Of a stretch of DNA of 64,000 nucleotides, positions 44,001 through 59,000 are shown piece by piece; position 1 is the first letter of the stretch, and every line of letters starts with the position of its first letter. Position numbers and translations under genes: made by a program. Location of the stretch: the NCBI GenBank assembly GCA_001643675.2, contig LSRY02000068.1:191433-255432 (forward strand), read 5' to 3'. Source of the stretch: Monocercomonoides exilis PA203 (taxonomy: Eukaryota > Protista > Preaxostyla). The notes beneath the pieces were generated by a model, which was not told the origin of the DNA, ran no database searches, and saw only the letters and a list, made by a program, of their open reading frames with translations.

Positions 44001-47000
44001 CACTTCATTCGCAGAGTGAAGGCGAGTAAGAAGGGATGAGCGCTACAGCGCTGTGCACCATCTGTGCAGCCCCTGTGCAGCACTCGCCTCTCCCAACCTC
44101 TCTGACTCCCCACTCTTTCCTCTCTCTCTTTCTCTCAACCCATCCATTTCCCTCTCTCTCTCTCAACCTCACCCTCACTTTTCTTTCCTCTCCTTTTTTC
44201 TCCTATTTTTTATAATTTACCTCATAGGGTGTGCACCCCATCCCTGCACTCCAAATCCTTCTCTCTCCATCCCTTCATCCCACACGATTTTTTTATTCTT
44301 TTTTTCTCTTCCCTCTCTAACCTCTCTTTCTCCCTCATTCTCCTCTCTTCCCCAACTCCCCTCTCTCCCACACTTCATTCGCAGGAGTGAAGGCGAGTAG
44401 AAGGGATGAGCGCTACAGCGCTGTGCACCATCTGTGCAGCCCCTGTGCAGCACTCGCCTCTCCCAACCTCTCTGACTCCCCACTCTTTCCTCTCTCTCTT
44501 TCTCTCAACCCATCCATTTCCCTCTCTCTCTCTCAACCTCACCCTCACTTTTCTTTCCTCTCCTTTTTTCTCCTATTTTTTATAATTTACCTCATAGGGT
44601 GTGCACCCCATCCCTGCACTCCAAATCCTTCTCTCTCCATCCCTTCATCCCACACGATTTTTTTTATTCTTTTTTTCTCTTCCCTCTCTAACCTCTCTTT
44701 CTCCCTCATTCTCCTCTCTTCCCCAACTCCCTCTCTCCCACACTTCATTCGCAGAGTGAAGGCGAGTAAGAAGGGATGAGCGCTACAGCGCTGTGCACCA
44801 TCTGTGCAGCCCCTGTGCAGCACTCGCCTCTCCCAACCTCTCTGACTCCCCACTCTTTCCTCTCTCTCTTTCTCTCAACCCATCCATTTCCCTCTCTCTC
44901 TCTCAACCTCACCCTCACTTTTCTTTCCTCTCCTTTTTTTCTCCTATTTTTTATAATTTACCTCATAGGGTGTGCACCCCATCCCTGCACTCCAAATCCT
45001 TCTCTCTCCATCCCTTCATCCCACACGATTTTTTTATTCTTTTTTTCTCTTCCCTCTCTAACCTCTCTTTCTCCCTCATTCTCCTCTCTTCCCCAACTCC
45101 CCTCTCTCCCACACTTCATTCGCAGGAGTGAAGGCGAGTAAGAAGGGATGAGCGCTACAGCGCTGTGCACCATCTGTGCAGCCCCTGTGCAGCACTCGCC
45201 TCTCCCAACCTCTCTGACTCCCCACTCTTTCCTCTCTCTCTTTCTCTCAACCCATCCATTTCCCTCTCTCTCTCTCAACCTCACCCTCACTTTTCTTTCC
45301 TCTCCTTTTTTCTCCTATTTTTTATAATTTACCTCATAGGGTGTGCACCCCATCCCTGCACTCCAAATCCTTCTCTCTCCATCCCTTCATCCCACACGAT
45401 TTTTTTTTATTCTTTTTTTCTCTTCCCTCTCTAACCTCTCTTTCTCCCTCATTCTCCTCTCTTCCCCAACTCCCCTCTCTCCCACACTTCATTCGCAGAG
45501 TGAAGGCGAGTAAGAAGGGATGAGCGCTACAGCGCTGTGCACCATCTGTGCAGCCCCTGTGCAGCACTCGCCTCTCCCAACCTCTCTGACTCCCCACTCT
45601 TTCCTCTCTCTCTTTCTCTCAACCCATCCATTTCCCTCTCTCTCTCTCAACCTCACCCTCACTTTTCTTTCCTCTCCTTTTTCTCCTATTTTTTATAATT
45701 TACCTCATAGGGTGTGCACCCCATCCCTGCACTCCAAATCCTTCTCTCTCCATCCCTTCATCCCACACGATTTTTTTTTATTCTTTTTTTCTCTTCCCTC
45801 TCTAACCTCTCTTTCTCCCTCATTCTCCTCTCTTCCCCAACTCCCTCTCTCCCACACTTCATTCGCAGAGTGAAGGCGAGTAAGAAGGGATGAGCGCTAC
45901 AGCGCTGTGCACCATCTGTGCAGCCCCTGTGCAGCACTCGCCTCTCCCAACCTCTCTGACTCCCCACTCTTTCCTCTCTCTCTTTCTCTCAACCCATCCA
46001 TTTCCCTCTCTCTCTCTCAACCTCACCCTCACTTTTCTTTCCTCTCCTTTTTCTCCTATTTTTTATAATTTACCTCATAGGGTGTGCACCCCATCCCTGC
46101 ACTCCAAATCCTTCTCTCTCCATCCCTTCATCCCACACGATTTTTTTTTATTCTTTTTTCTCTTCCCTCTCTAACCTCTCTTTCTCCCTCATTCTCCTCT
46201 CTTCCCCAACTCCCTCTCTCCCACACTTCATTCGCAGAGTGAAGGCGAGTAAGAAGGGATGAGCGCTACAGCGCTGTGCACCATCTGTGCAGCCCCTGTG
46301 CAGCACTCGCCTCTCCCAACCTCTCTGACTCCCCACTCTTTCCTCTCTCTCTTTCTCTCAACCCATCCATTTCCCTCTCTCTCTCTCAACCTCACCCTCA
46401 CTTTTCTTTCCTCTCCTTTTTCTCCTATTTTTTTATAATTTACCTCATAGGGTGTGCACCCCATCCCTGCACTCCAAATCCTTCTCTCTCCATCCCTTCA
46501 TCCCACACGATTTTTTTTTATTCTTTTTTTCTCTTCCCTCTCTAACCTCTCTTTCTCCCTCATTCTCCTCTCTTCCCCAACTCCCTCTCTCCCACACTTC
46601 ATTCGCAGAGTGAAGGCGAGTAAGAGGGATGAGCGCTACAGCGCTGTGCACCATCTGTGCAGCCCCTGTGCAGCACTCGCCTCTCCCAACCTCTCTGACT
46701 CCCCACTCTTTCCTCTCTCTCTTTCTCTCAACCCATCCATTTCCCTCTCTCTCTCTCAACCTCACCCTCACTTTTCTTTCCTCTCCTTTTTCTCCTATTT
46801 TTTATAATTTACCTCATAGGGTGTGCACCCCATCCCTGCACTCCAAATCCTTCTCTCTCCATCCCTTCATCCCACACGATTTTTTTTATTCTTTTTTTCT
46901 CTTCCCTCTCTAACCTCTCTTTCTCCCTCATTCTCCTCTCTTCCCCAACTCCCTCTCTCCCACACTTCATTCGCAGAGTGAAGGCGAGTAGAGGGATGAG

Positions 47001-50000
47001 CGCTACAGCGCTGTGCACCATCTGTGCAGCCCCTGTGCAGCACTCGCCTCTCCCAACCTCTCTGACTCCCCACTCTTTCCTCTCTCTCTTTCTCTCAACC
47101 CATCCATTTCCCTCTCTCTCTCTCAACCTCACCCTCACTTTTCTTTCCTCTCCTTTTTCTCCTATTTTTTATAATTTACCTCATAGGGTGTGCACCCCAT
47201 CCCTGCACTCCAAATCCTTCTCTCTCCATCCCTTCATCCCACACGATTTTTTTTATTCTTTTTTCTCTTCCCTCTCTAACCTCTCTTTCTCCCTCATTCT
47301 CCTCTCTTCCCCAACTCCCTCTCTCCCACACTTCATTCGCAGAGTGAAGGCGAGTAAGAAGGGATGAGCGCTACAGCGCTGTGCACCATCTGTGCAGCCC
47401 CTGTGCAGCACTCGCCTCTCCCAACCTCTCTGACTCCCCACTCTTTCCTCTCTCTCTTTCTCTCAACCCATCCATTTCCCTCTCTCTCTCTCAACCTCAC
47501 CCTCACTTTTCTTTTCCTCTCCTTTTTTTCTCCTATTTTTTATAATTTACCTCATAGGGTGTGCACCCCATCCCTGCACTCCAAATCCTTCTCTCTCCAT
47601 CCCTTCATCCCACACGATTTTTTTTATTCTTTTTTCTCTTCCCTCTCTAACCTCTCTTTCTCCCTCATTCTCCTCTCTTCCCCAACTCCCCTCTCTCCCA
47701 CACTTCATTCGCAGAGTGAAGGCGAGTAAGAAGGGATGAGCGCTGCAGCGCTGTGCACCATCTGTGCAGCCCCTGTGCAGCACTCGCCTCTCCCAACCTC
47801 TCTGACTCCCCACTCTTTCCTCTCTCTCTTTCTCTCAACCCATCCATTTCCCTCTCTCTCAACCTCACCCTCACTTTTCTTTCCTCTCCTTTTTTTCTCC
47901 TATTTTTTATAATTTACCTCATAGGGTGTGCACCCCATCCCTGCACTCCAAATCCTTCTCTCTCCATCCCTTCATCCCACACGATTTTTTTTATTCTTTT
48001 TTTCTCTTCCCTCTCTAACCTCTCTTTCTCCCTCATTCTCCTCTCTTCCCCAACTCCCCTCTCTCCCACACTTCATTCGCAGAGTGAAGGCGAGTAAGAG
48101 GGATGAGCGCTGCAGCGCTGTGCACCATCTGTGCAGCCCCTGTGCAGCACTCGCCTCTCCCAACCTCTCTGACTCCCCACTCTTTCCTCTCTCTCTTTCT
48201 CTCAACCCATCCATTTCCCTCTCTCTCTCAACCTCACCCTCACTTTTCTTTTCCTCTCCTTTTTTCTCCTATTTTTTATAATTTACCTCATAGGGTGTGC
48301 ACCCCATCCCTGCACTCCAAATCCTTCTCTCTCCATCCCTTCATCCCACACGATTTTTTTTATTCTTTTTTTCTCTTCCCTCTCTAACCTCTCTTTCTCC
48401 CTCATTCTCCTCTCTTCCCCAACTCCCCTCTCTCCCACACTTCATTCGCAGAGTGAAGGCGAGTAAGAGGGATGAGCGCTGCAGCGCTGTGCACCATCTG
48501 TGCAGCCCCTGTGCAGCACTCGCCTCTCCCAACCTCTCTGACTCCCCACTCTTTCCTCTCTCTCTTTCTCTCAACCCATCCATTTCCCTCTCTCTCTCTC
48601 AACCTCACCCTCACTTTTCTTTCCTCTCCTTTTTTCTCCTATTTTTTATAATTTACCTCATAGGGTGTGCACCCCATCCCTGCACTCCAAATCCTTCTCT
48701 CTCCATCCCTTCATCCCACACGATTTTTTTTATTCTTTTTTCTCTTCCCTCTCTAACCTCTCTTTCTCCCTCATTCTCCTCTCTTCCCCAACTCCCTCTC
48801 TCCCACACTTCATTCGCAGAGTGAAGGCGAGTAGAGGATGAGCGCTACAGCGCTGTGCACCATCTGTGCAGCCCCTGTGCAGCACTCGCCTCTCCCAACC
48901 TCTCTGACTCCCCACTCTTTCCTCTCTCTCTTTCTCTCAACCCATCCATTTCCCTCTCTCTCTCTCAACCTCACCCTCACTTTTCTTTCCTCTCCTTTTT
49001 CTCCTATTTTTTATAATTTACCTCATAGGGTGTGCACCCCATCCCTGCACTCCAAATCCTTCTCTCTCCATCCCTTCATCCCACACGATTTTTTTTTATT
49101 CTTTTTTTCTCTTCCCTCTCTAACCTCTCTTTCTCCCTCATTCTCCTCTCTTCCCCAACTCCCTCTCTCCCACACTTCATTCGCAGGAGTGAAGGCGAGT
49201 AAGAAGGGATGAGCGCTACAGCGCTGTGCACCATCTGTGCAGCCCCTGTGCAGCACTCGCCTCTCCCAACCTCTCTGACTCCCCACTCTTTCCTCTCTCT
49301 CTTTCTCTCAACCCATCCATTTCCCTCTCTCTCTCTCAACCTCACCCTCACTTTTCTTTCCTCTCCTTTTTCTCCTATTTTTATAATTTACCTCATAGGG
49401 TGTGCACCCCATCCCTGCACTCCAAATCCTTCTCTCTCCATCCCTTCATCCCACACGATTTTTTTTTATTCTTTTTTCTCTTCCCTCTCTAACCTCTCTT
49501 TCTCCCTCATTCTCCTCTCTTCCCCAACTCCCCTCTCTCCCACACTTCATTCGCAGGAGTGAAGGCGAGTAAGAAGGGATGAGCGCTACAGCGCTGTGCA
49601 CCATCTGTGCAGCCCCTGTGCAGCACTCGCCTCTCCCAACCTCTCTGACTCCCCACTCTTTCCTCTCTCTCTTTCTCTCAACCCATCCATTTCCCTCTCT
49701 CTCTCTCAACCTCACCCTCACTTTTCTTTCCTCTCCTTTTTTTCTCCTATTTTTTATAATTTACCTCATAGGGTGTGCACCCCATCCCTGCACTCCAAAT
49801 CCTTCTCTCTCCATCCCTTCATCCCACACGATTTTTTTTATTCTTTTTTTCTCTTCCCTCTCTAACCTCTCTTTCTCCCTCATTCTCCTCTCTTCCCCAA
49901 CTCCCCTCTCTCCCACACTTCATTCGCAGAGTGAAGGCGAGTAGAAGGGATGAGCGCTGCAGCGCTGTGCACCATCTGTGCAGCCCCTGTGCAGCACTCG

Positions 50001-53000
50001 CCTCTCCCAACCTCTCTGACTCCCCACTCTTTCCTCTCTCTCTTTCTCTCAACCCATCCATTTCCCTCTCTCTCTCAACCTCACCCTCACTTTTCTTTCC
50101 TCTCCTTTTTTTCTCCTATTTTTTATAATTTACCTCATAGGGTGTGCACCCCATCCCTGCACTCCAAATCCTTCTCTCTCCATCCCTTCATCCCACACGA
50201 TTTTTTTTATTCTTTTTTTCTCTTCCCTCTCTAACCTCTCTTTCTCCCTCATTCTCCTCTCTTCCCCAACTCCCCTCTCTCCCACACTTCATTCGCAGAG
50301 TGAAGGCGAGTAAGAGGGATGAGCGCTGCAGCGCTGTGCACCATCTGTGCAGCCCCTGTGCAGCACTCGCCTCTCCCAACCTCTCTGACTCCCCACTCTT
50401 TCCTCTCTCTCTTTCTCTCAACCCATCCATTTCCCTCTCTCTCTCTCAACCTCACCCTCACTTTTCTTTCCTCTCCTTTTTCTCCTATTTTTTATAATTT
50501 ACCTCATAGGGTGTGCACCCCATCCCTGCACTCCAAATCCTTCTCTCTCCATCCCTTCATCCCACACGATTTTTTTTATTCTTTTTTCTCTTCCCTCTCT
50601 AACCTCTCTTTCTCCCTCATTCTCCTCTCTTCCCCAACTCCCCTCTCTCCCACACTTCATTCGCAGAGTGAAGGCGAGTAGAAGGGATGAGCGCTGCAGC
50701 GCTGTGCACCATCTGTGCAGCCCCTGTGCAGCACTCGCCTCTCCCAACCTCTCTGACTCCCCACTCTTTCCTCTCTCTCTTTCTCTCAACCCATCCATTT
50801 CCCTCTCTCTCTCTCAACCTCACCCTCACTTTTCTTTCCTCTCCTTTTTCTCCTATTTTTATAATTTACCTCATAGGGTGTGCACCCCATCCCTGCACTC
50901 CAAATCCTTCTCTCTCCATCCCTTCATCCCACACGATTTTTTTATTCTTTTTTTCTCTTCCCTCTCTAACCTCTCTTTCTCCCTCATTCTCCTCTCTTCC
51001 CCAACTCCCTCTCTCCCACACTTCATTCGCAGGTGAAGGCGAGTAAGAAGGGATGAGCGCTACAGCGCTGTGCACCATCTGTGCAGCCCCTGTGCAGCAC
51101 TCGCCTCTCCCAACCTCTCTGACTCCCCACTCTTTCCTCTCTCTCTTTCTCTCAACCCATCCATTTCCCTCTCTCTCTCTCAACCTCACCCTCACTTTTC
51201 TTTCCTCTCCTTTTTCTCCTATTTTTTATAATTTACCTCATAGGGTGTGCACCCCATCCCTGCACTCCAAATCCTTCTCTCTCCATCCCTTCATCCCACA
51301 CGATTTTTTTATTCTTTTTCTCTTCCCTCTCTAACCTCTCTTTCTCCCTCATTCTCCTCTCTTCCCCAACTCCCTCTCTCCCACACTTCATTCGCAGAGT
51401 GAAGGCGAGTAAGAGGGATGAGCGCTGCAGCGCTGTGCACCATCTGTGCAGCCCCTGTGCAGCACTCGCCTCTCCCAACCTCTCTGACTCCCCACTCTTT
51501 CCTCTCTCTCTTTCTCTCAACCCATCCATTTCCCTCTCTCTCTCTCAACCTCACCCTCACTTTTCTTTCCTCTCCTTTTTCTCCTATTTTTTATAATTTA
51601 CCTCATGGGGTGTGCACCCCATCCCTGCACTCCAAATCCTTCTCTCTCCATCCCTTCATCCCACACGATTTTTTTTATTCTTTTTTTCTCTTCCCTCTCT
51701 AACCTCTCTTTCTCCCTCATTCTCCTCTCTTCCCCAACTCCCCTCTCTCCCACACTTCATTCGCAGAGTGAAGGCGAGTAAGAAGGGATGAGCGCTGCAG
51801 CGCTGTGCACCATCTGTGCAGCCCCTGTGCAGCACTCGCCTCTCCCAACCTCTCTGACTCCCCACTCTTTCCTCTCTCTTTCTCTCAACCCATCCATTTC
51901 CCTCTCTCTCTCAACCTCACCCTCACTTTTCTTTCCTCTCCTTTTTCTCCTATTTTTTATAATTTACCTCATAGGGTGTGCACCCCATCCCTGCACTCAA
52001 ATCCTTCTCTCTCCATCCCTTCATCCCACACGATTTTTTTTATTCTTTTTTCTCTTCCCTCTCTAACCTCTCTTTCTCCCTCATTCTCCTCTCTTCCCCA
52101 ACTCCCCTCTCTCCCACACTTCATTCGCAGGAGTGAAGGCGAGTAAGAGGATGAGCGCTACAGCGCTGTGCACCATCTGTGCAGCCCCTGTGCAGCACTC
52201 GCCTCTCCCAACCTCTCTGACTCCCCACTCTTTCCTCTCTCTCTTTCTCTCAACCCATCCATTTCCCTCTCTCTCTCTCAACCTCACCCTCACTTTTCTT
52301 TCCTCTCCTTTTTCTCCTATTTTTATAATTTACCTCATAGGGTGTGCACCCCATCCCTGCACTCCAAATCCTTCTCTCTCCATCCCTTCATCCCACACGA
52401 TTTTTTTTTATTCTTTTTTCTCTTCCCTCTCTAACCTCTCTTTCTCCCTCATTCTCCTCTCTTCCCCAACTCCCTCTCTCCCACACTTCATTCGCAGAGT
52501 GAAGGCGAGTAAGAAGGGATGAGCGCTACAGCGCTGTGCACCATCTGTGCAGCCCCTGTGCAGCACTCGCCTCTCCCAACCTCTCTGACTCCCCACTCTT
52601 TCCTCTCTCTCTTTCTCTCAACCCATCCATTTCCCTCTCTCTCTCTCAACCTCACCCTCACTTTTCTTTCCTCTCCTTTTTCTCCTATTTTTTATAATTT
52701 ACCTCATAGGGTGTGCACCCCATCCCTGCACTCCAAATCCTTCTCTCTCCATCCCTTCATCCCACACGATTTTTTTATTCTTTTTCTCTTCCCTCTCTAA
52801 CCTCTCTTTCTCCCTCATTCTCCTCTCTTCCCCAACTCCCCTCTCTCCCACACTTCATTCATGAGTGAAGGCGAGTAAGAAGGGATGAGCGCTGCAGCGC
52901 TGTGCACCATCTGTGCAGCCCCTGTGCAGCACTCGCCTCTCCCAACCTCTCTGACTCCCCACTCTTTCCTCTCTCTCTTTCTCTCAACCCATCCATTTCC

Positions 53001-56000
53001 CTCTCTCTCTCTCAACCTCACCCTCACTTTTCTTTCCTCTCCTTTTTCTCCTATTTTTTATAATTTACCTCATAGGGTGTGCACCCCATCCCTGCACTCC
53101 AAATCCTTCTCTCTCCATCCCTTCATCCCACACGATTTTTTTTTATTCTTTTTTCTCTTCCCTCTCTAACCTCTCTTTCTCCCTCATTCTCCTCTCTTCC
53201 CCAACTCCCTCTCTCCCACACTTCATTCGCAGAGTGAAGGCGAGTAAGAGGATGAGCGCTGCAGCGCTGTGCACCATCTGTGCAGCCCCTGTGCAGCACT
53301 CGCCTCTCCCAACCTCTCTGACTCCCCACTCTTTCCTCTCTCTCTTTCTCTCAACCCATCCATTTCCCTCTCTCTCTCTCAACCTCACCCTCACTTTTCT
53401 TTCCTCTCCTTTTTTTCTCCTATTTTTTATAATTTACCTCATAGGGTGTGCACCCCATCCCTGCACTCCAAATCCTTCTCTCTCCATCCCTTCATCCCAC
53501 ACGATTTTTTTTTATTCTTTTTTTCTCTTCCCTCTCTAACCTCTCTTTCTCCCTCATTCTCCTCTCTTCCCCAACTCCCTCTCTCCCACACTTCATTCGC
53601 AGAGTGAAGGCGAGTAGAAGGGATGAGCGCTGCAGCGCTGTGCACCATCTGTGCAGCCCCTGTGCAGCACTCGCCTCTCCCAACCTCTCTGACTCCCCAC
53701 TCTTTCCTCTCTCTCTTTCTCTCAACCCATCCATTTCCCTCTCTCTCTCTCAACCTCACCCTCACTTTTCTTTCCTCTCCTTTTTCTCCTATTTTTTATA
53801 ATTTACCTCATAGGGTGTGCACCCCATCCCTGCACTCCAAATCCTTCTCTCTCCATCCCTTCATCCCACACGATTTTTTTTTATTCTTTTTTTCTCTTCT
53901 AACCTCTCTTTCTCCCTCATTCTCCTCTCTTCCCCAACTCCCCTCTCTCCCACACTTCATTCGCAGAGTGAAGGCGAGTAAGAAGGGATGAGCGCTACAG
54001 CGCTGTGCACCATCTGTGCAGCCCCTGTGCAGCACTCGCCTCTCCCAACCTCTCTGACTCCCCACTCTTTCCTCTCTCTCTTTCTCTCAACCCATCCATT
54101 TCCCTCTCTCTCTCTCAACCTCACCCTCACTTTTCTTTCCTCTCCTTTTTCTCCTATTTTTTATAATTTACCTCATAGGGTGTGCACCCCATCCCTGCAC
54201 TCCAAATCCTTCTCTCTCCATCCCTTCATCCCACACGATTTTTTTTATTCTTTTTTCTCTTCCCTCTCTAACCTCTCTTTCTCCCTCATTCTCCTCTCTT
54301 CCCCAACTCCCCTCTCTCCCACACTTCATTCGCAGAGTGAAGGCGAGTAAGAGGGATGAGCGCTACAGCGCTGTGCACCATCTGTGCAGCCCCTGTGCAG
54401 CACTCGCCTCTCCCAACCTCTCTGACTCCCCACTCTTTCCTCTCTCTCTTTCTCTCAACCCATCCATTTCCCTCTCTCTCTCTCAACCTCACCCTCACTT
54501 TTCTTTCCTCTCCTTTTTCTCCTATTTTTATAATTTACCTCATAGGGTGTGCACCCCATCCCTGCACTCCAAATCCTTCTCTCTCCATCCCTTCATCCCA
54601 CACGATTTTTTTTATTCTTTTTTTCTCTTCCCTCTCTAACCTCTCTTTCTCCCTCATTCTCCTCTCTTCCCCAACTCCCCTCTCTCCCACACTTCATTCA
54701 TGAGTGAAGGCGAGTAAGAGGGATGAGCGCTACAGCGCTGTGCACCATCTGTGCAGCCCTGTGCAGCACTCGCCTCTCCCAACCTCTCTGACTCCCCACT
54801 CTTTCCTCTCTCTCTTTCTCTCAACCCATCCATTTCCCTCTCTCTCTCTCAACCTCACCCTCACTTTTCTTTCCTCTCCTTTTTCTCCTATTTTTTATAA
54901 TTTACCTCATAGGGTGTGCACCCCATCCCTGCACTCCAAATCCTTCTCTCTCCATCCCTTCATCCCACGATTTTTTTTTATTCTTTTTTCTCTTCCCTCT
55001 CTAACCTCTCTTTCTCCCTCATTCTCCTCTCTTCCCCAACTCCCCTCTCTCCCACACTTCATTCATGAGTGAAGGCGAGTAAGAGGGATGAGCGCTGCAG
55101 CGCTGTGCACCATCTGTGCAGCCCCTGTGCAGCACTCGCCTCTCCCAACCTCTCTGACTCCCCACTCTTTCCTCTCTCTCTTTCTCTCAACCCATCCATT
55201 TCCCTCTCTCTCTCTCAACCTCACCCTCACTTTTCTTTCCTCTCCTTTTTCTCCTATTTTTATAATTTACCTCATAGGGTGTGCACCCCATCCCTGCACT
55301 CCAAATCCTTCTCTCTCCATCCCTTCATCCCACGATTTTTTTTATTCTTTTTTCTCTTCCCTCTCTAACCTCTCTTTCTCCCTCATTCTCCTCTCTTCCC
55401 CAACTCCCCTCTCTCCACACTTCATTCATAGAGTGAAGGCGAGTAAGAGGATGAGCGCTACAGCGCTGTGCACCATCTGTGCAGCCCCTGTGCAGCACTC
55501 GCCTCTCCCAACCTCTCTGACTCCCCACTCTTTCCTCTCTCTCTTTCTCTCAACCCATCCATTTCCCTCTCTCTCTCTCAACCTCACCCTCACTTTTCTT
55601 TCCTCTCCTTTTTTCTCCTATTTTTTTATAATTTTACCTCATAGGGTGTGCACCCCATCCCTGCACTCCAAATCCTTCTCTCTCCATCCTTCATCCCACA
55701 CGATTTTTTTTATTCTTTTTTTCTCTTCCCTCTCTAACCTCTCTTTCTCCCTCATTCTCCTCTCTTCCCCAACTCCCCTCTCTCCCACACTTCATTCGCA
55801 GAGTGAAGGCGAGTAAGAAGGGATGAGCGCTACAGCGCTGTGCACCATCTGTGCAGCCCCTGTGCAGCACTCGCCTCTCCCAACCTCTCTGACTCCCCAC
55901 TCTTTCCTCTCTCTCTTTCTCTCAACCCATCCATTTCCCTCTCTCTCTCTCAACCTCACCCTCACTTTTCTTTCCTCTCCTTTTTCTCCTATTTTTATAA

Positions 56001-59000
56001 TTTACCTCATAGGGTGTGCACCCCATCCCTGCACTCCAAATCCTTCTCTCTCCATCCCTTCATCCCACACGATTTTTTTTATTCTTTTTTTCTCTTCCCT
56101 CTCTAACCTCTCTTTCTCCCTCATTCTCCTCTCTTCCCCAACTCCCCTCTCTCCCACACTTCATTCGCGGAGTGAAGGCGAGTAGAAGGGATGAGCGCTA
56201 CAGCGCTGTGCACCATCTGTGCAGCCCCTGTGCAGCACTCGCCTCTCCCAACCTCTCTGACTCCCCACTCTTTCCTCTCTCTCTTTCTCTCAACCCATCC
56301 ATTTCCCTCTCTCTCTCTCAACCTCACCCTCACTTTTCTTTCCTCTCCTTTTTCTCCTATTTTTTATAATTTACCTCATAGGGTGTGCACCCCATCCCTG
56401 CACTCCAAATCCTTCTCTCTCCATCCCTTCATCCCACACGATTTTTTTTTATTCTTTTTTTCTCTTCCCTCTCTAACCTCTCTTTCTCCCTCATTCTCCT
56501 CTCTTCCCCAACTCCCCTCTCTCCCACACTTCATTCGCAGAGTGAAGGCGAGTAAGAGGGATGAGGCAGCGCTGTGCACCATCTGTGCAGCCCCTGTGCA
56601 GCACTCGCCTCTCCCAACCTCTCTGACTCCCCACTCTTTCCTCTCTCTCTTTCTCTCAACCCATCCATTTCCCTCTCTCTCTCTCAACCTCACCCTCACT
56701 TTTCTTTCCTCTCCTTTTTTCTCCTATTTTTTATAATTTACCTCATAGGGTGTGCACCCCATCCCTGCACTCCAAATCCTTCTCTCTCCATCCCTTCATC
56801 CCACACGATTTTTTTTATTCTTTTTTTCTCTTCCCTCTCTAACCTCTCTTTCTCCCTCATTCTCCTCTCTTCCCCAACTCCCCTCTCTCCCACACTTCAT
56901 TCGCAGAGTGAAGGCGAGTAAGAGGGATGAGCGCTGCAGCGCTGTGCACCATCTGTGCAGCCCCTGTGCAGCACTCGCCTCTCCCAACCTCTCTGACTCC
57001 CCACTCTTTCCTCTCTCTCTTTCTCTCAACCCATCCATTTCCCTCTCTCTCTCTCAACCTCACCCTCACTTTTCTTTCCTCTCCTTTTTTCTCCTATTTT
57101 TATAATTTACCTCATAGGGTGTGCACCCCATCCCTGCACTCAAATCCTTCTCTCTCCATCCCTTCATCCACGATTTTTTTTATTCTTTTTTCTCTTCCCT
57201 CTCTAACCTCTCTTTCTCCCTCATTCTCCTCTCTTCCCCAACTCCCCTCTCTCCACACTTCATTCGCAGGAGTGAAGGCGGAGTAAGAAGGGATGAGCGC
57301 TACAGCGCTGTGCACCATCTGTGCAGCCCTGTGCAGCACTCGCCTCTCCCAACCTCTCTGACTCCCCACTCTTTCCTCTCTCTCTTTCTCTCAACCCATC
57401 CATTTCCCTCTCTCTCTCTCAACCTCACCCTCACTTTTCTTTCCTCTCCTTTTTCTCCTATTTTTTATAATTTACCTCATAGGGTGTGCACCCCATCCCT
57501 GCACTCCAAATCCTTCTCTCTCCATCCCTTCATCCCACACGATTTTTTATTCTTTTTTCTCTTCCCTCTCTAACCTCTCTTTCTCCCTCATTCTCCTCTC
57601 TTCCCAACTCCCTCTCTCCCACACTTCATTCGCGGAGTGAAGGCGAGTAAGAGGGATGAGCGCTGCAGCGCTGTGCACCATCTGTGCAGCCCCTGTGCAG
57701 CACTCGCCTCTCCCAACCTCTCTGACTCCCCACTCTTTCCTCTCTCTCTTTCTCTCAACCCATCCATTTCCCTCTCTCTCTCTCAACCTCACCCTCACTT
57801 TTCTTTCCTCTCCTTTTTCTCCTATTTTTATAATTTACCTCATAGGGTGTGCACCCCATCCCTGCACTCCAAATCCTTCTCTCTCCATCCCTTCATCCCA
57901 CGATTTTTTATTCTTTTTTTCTCTTCCCTCTCTAACCTCTCTTTCTCCCTCATTCTCCTCTCTTCCCCAACTCCCCTCTCTCCCACACTTCATTCGCAGA
58001 GTGAAGGCGAGTAAGAGGGATGAGCGCTACAGCACTGTGCACCATCTGTGCAGCCCCTGTGCAGCACTCGCCTCTCCCAACCTCTCTGACTCCCCACTCT
58101 TTCCTCTCTCTCTTTCTCTCAACCCATCCATTTCCCTCTCTCTCTCTCAACCTCACCCTCACTTTTCTTTCCTCTCCTTTTTCTCCTATTTTTTATAATT
58201 TACCTCATAGGGTGTGCACCCCATCCCTGCACTCCAAATCCTTCTCTCTCCATCCCTTCATCCCACACGATTTTTTTATTCTTTTTTTCTCTTCCCTCTC
58301 TAACCTCTCTTTCTCCCTCATTCTCCTCTCTTCCCCAACTCCCTCTCTCCCACACTTCATTCGCAGAGTGAAGGCGAGTAAGAGGGATGAGCGCTACAGC
58401 GCTGTGCACCATCTGTGCAGCCCCTGTAGCACTCGCCTCTCCCAACCTCTCTGACTCCCCACTCTTTCCTCTCTCTCTTTCTCTCAACCCATCCATTTCC
58501 CTCTCTCTCTCTCAACCTCACCCTCACTTTTCTTTCCTCTCCTTTTTCTCCTATTTTTATAATTTACCTCATAGGGTGTGCACCCCATCCCTGCACTCCA
58601 AATCCTTCTCTCTCCATCCCTTCATCCCACACGATTTTTTTATTCTTTTTCTCTTCCCTCTCTAACCTCTCTTTCTCCCTCATTCTCCTCTCTTCCCCAA
58701 CTCCCCTCTCTCCCACACTTCATTCGCAGAGTGAAGGCGAGTAGAGGGATGAGCGCTACAGCGCTGTGCACCATCTGTGCAGCCCCTGTGCAGCACTCGC
58801 CTCTCCCAACCTCTCTGACTCCCCACTCTTTCCTCTCTCTCTTTCTCTCAACCCATCCATTTCCTCTCTCTCTCTCAACCTCACCCTCACTTTTCTTTCC
58901 TCTCCTTTTTTCTCCTATTTTTTATAATTTACCTCATAGGGTGTGCACCCCATCCCTGCACTCAAATCCTTCTCTCTCCATCCCTTCATCCCACACGATT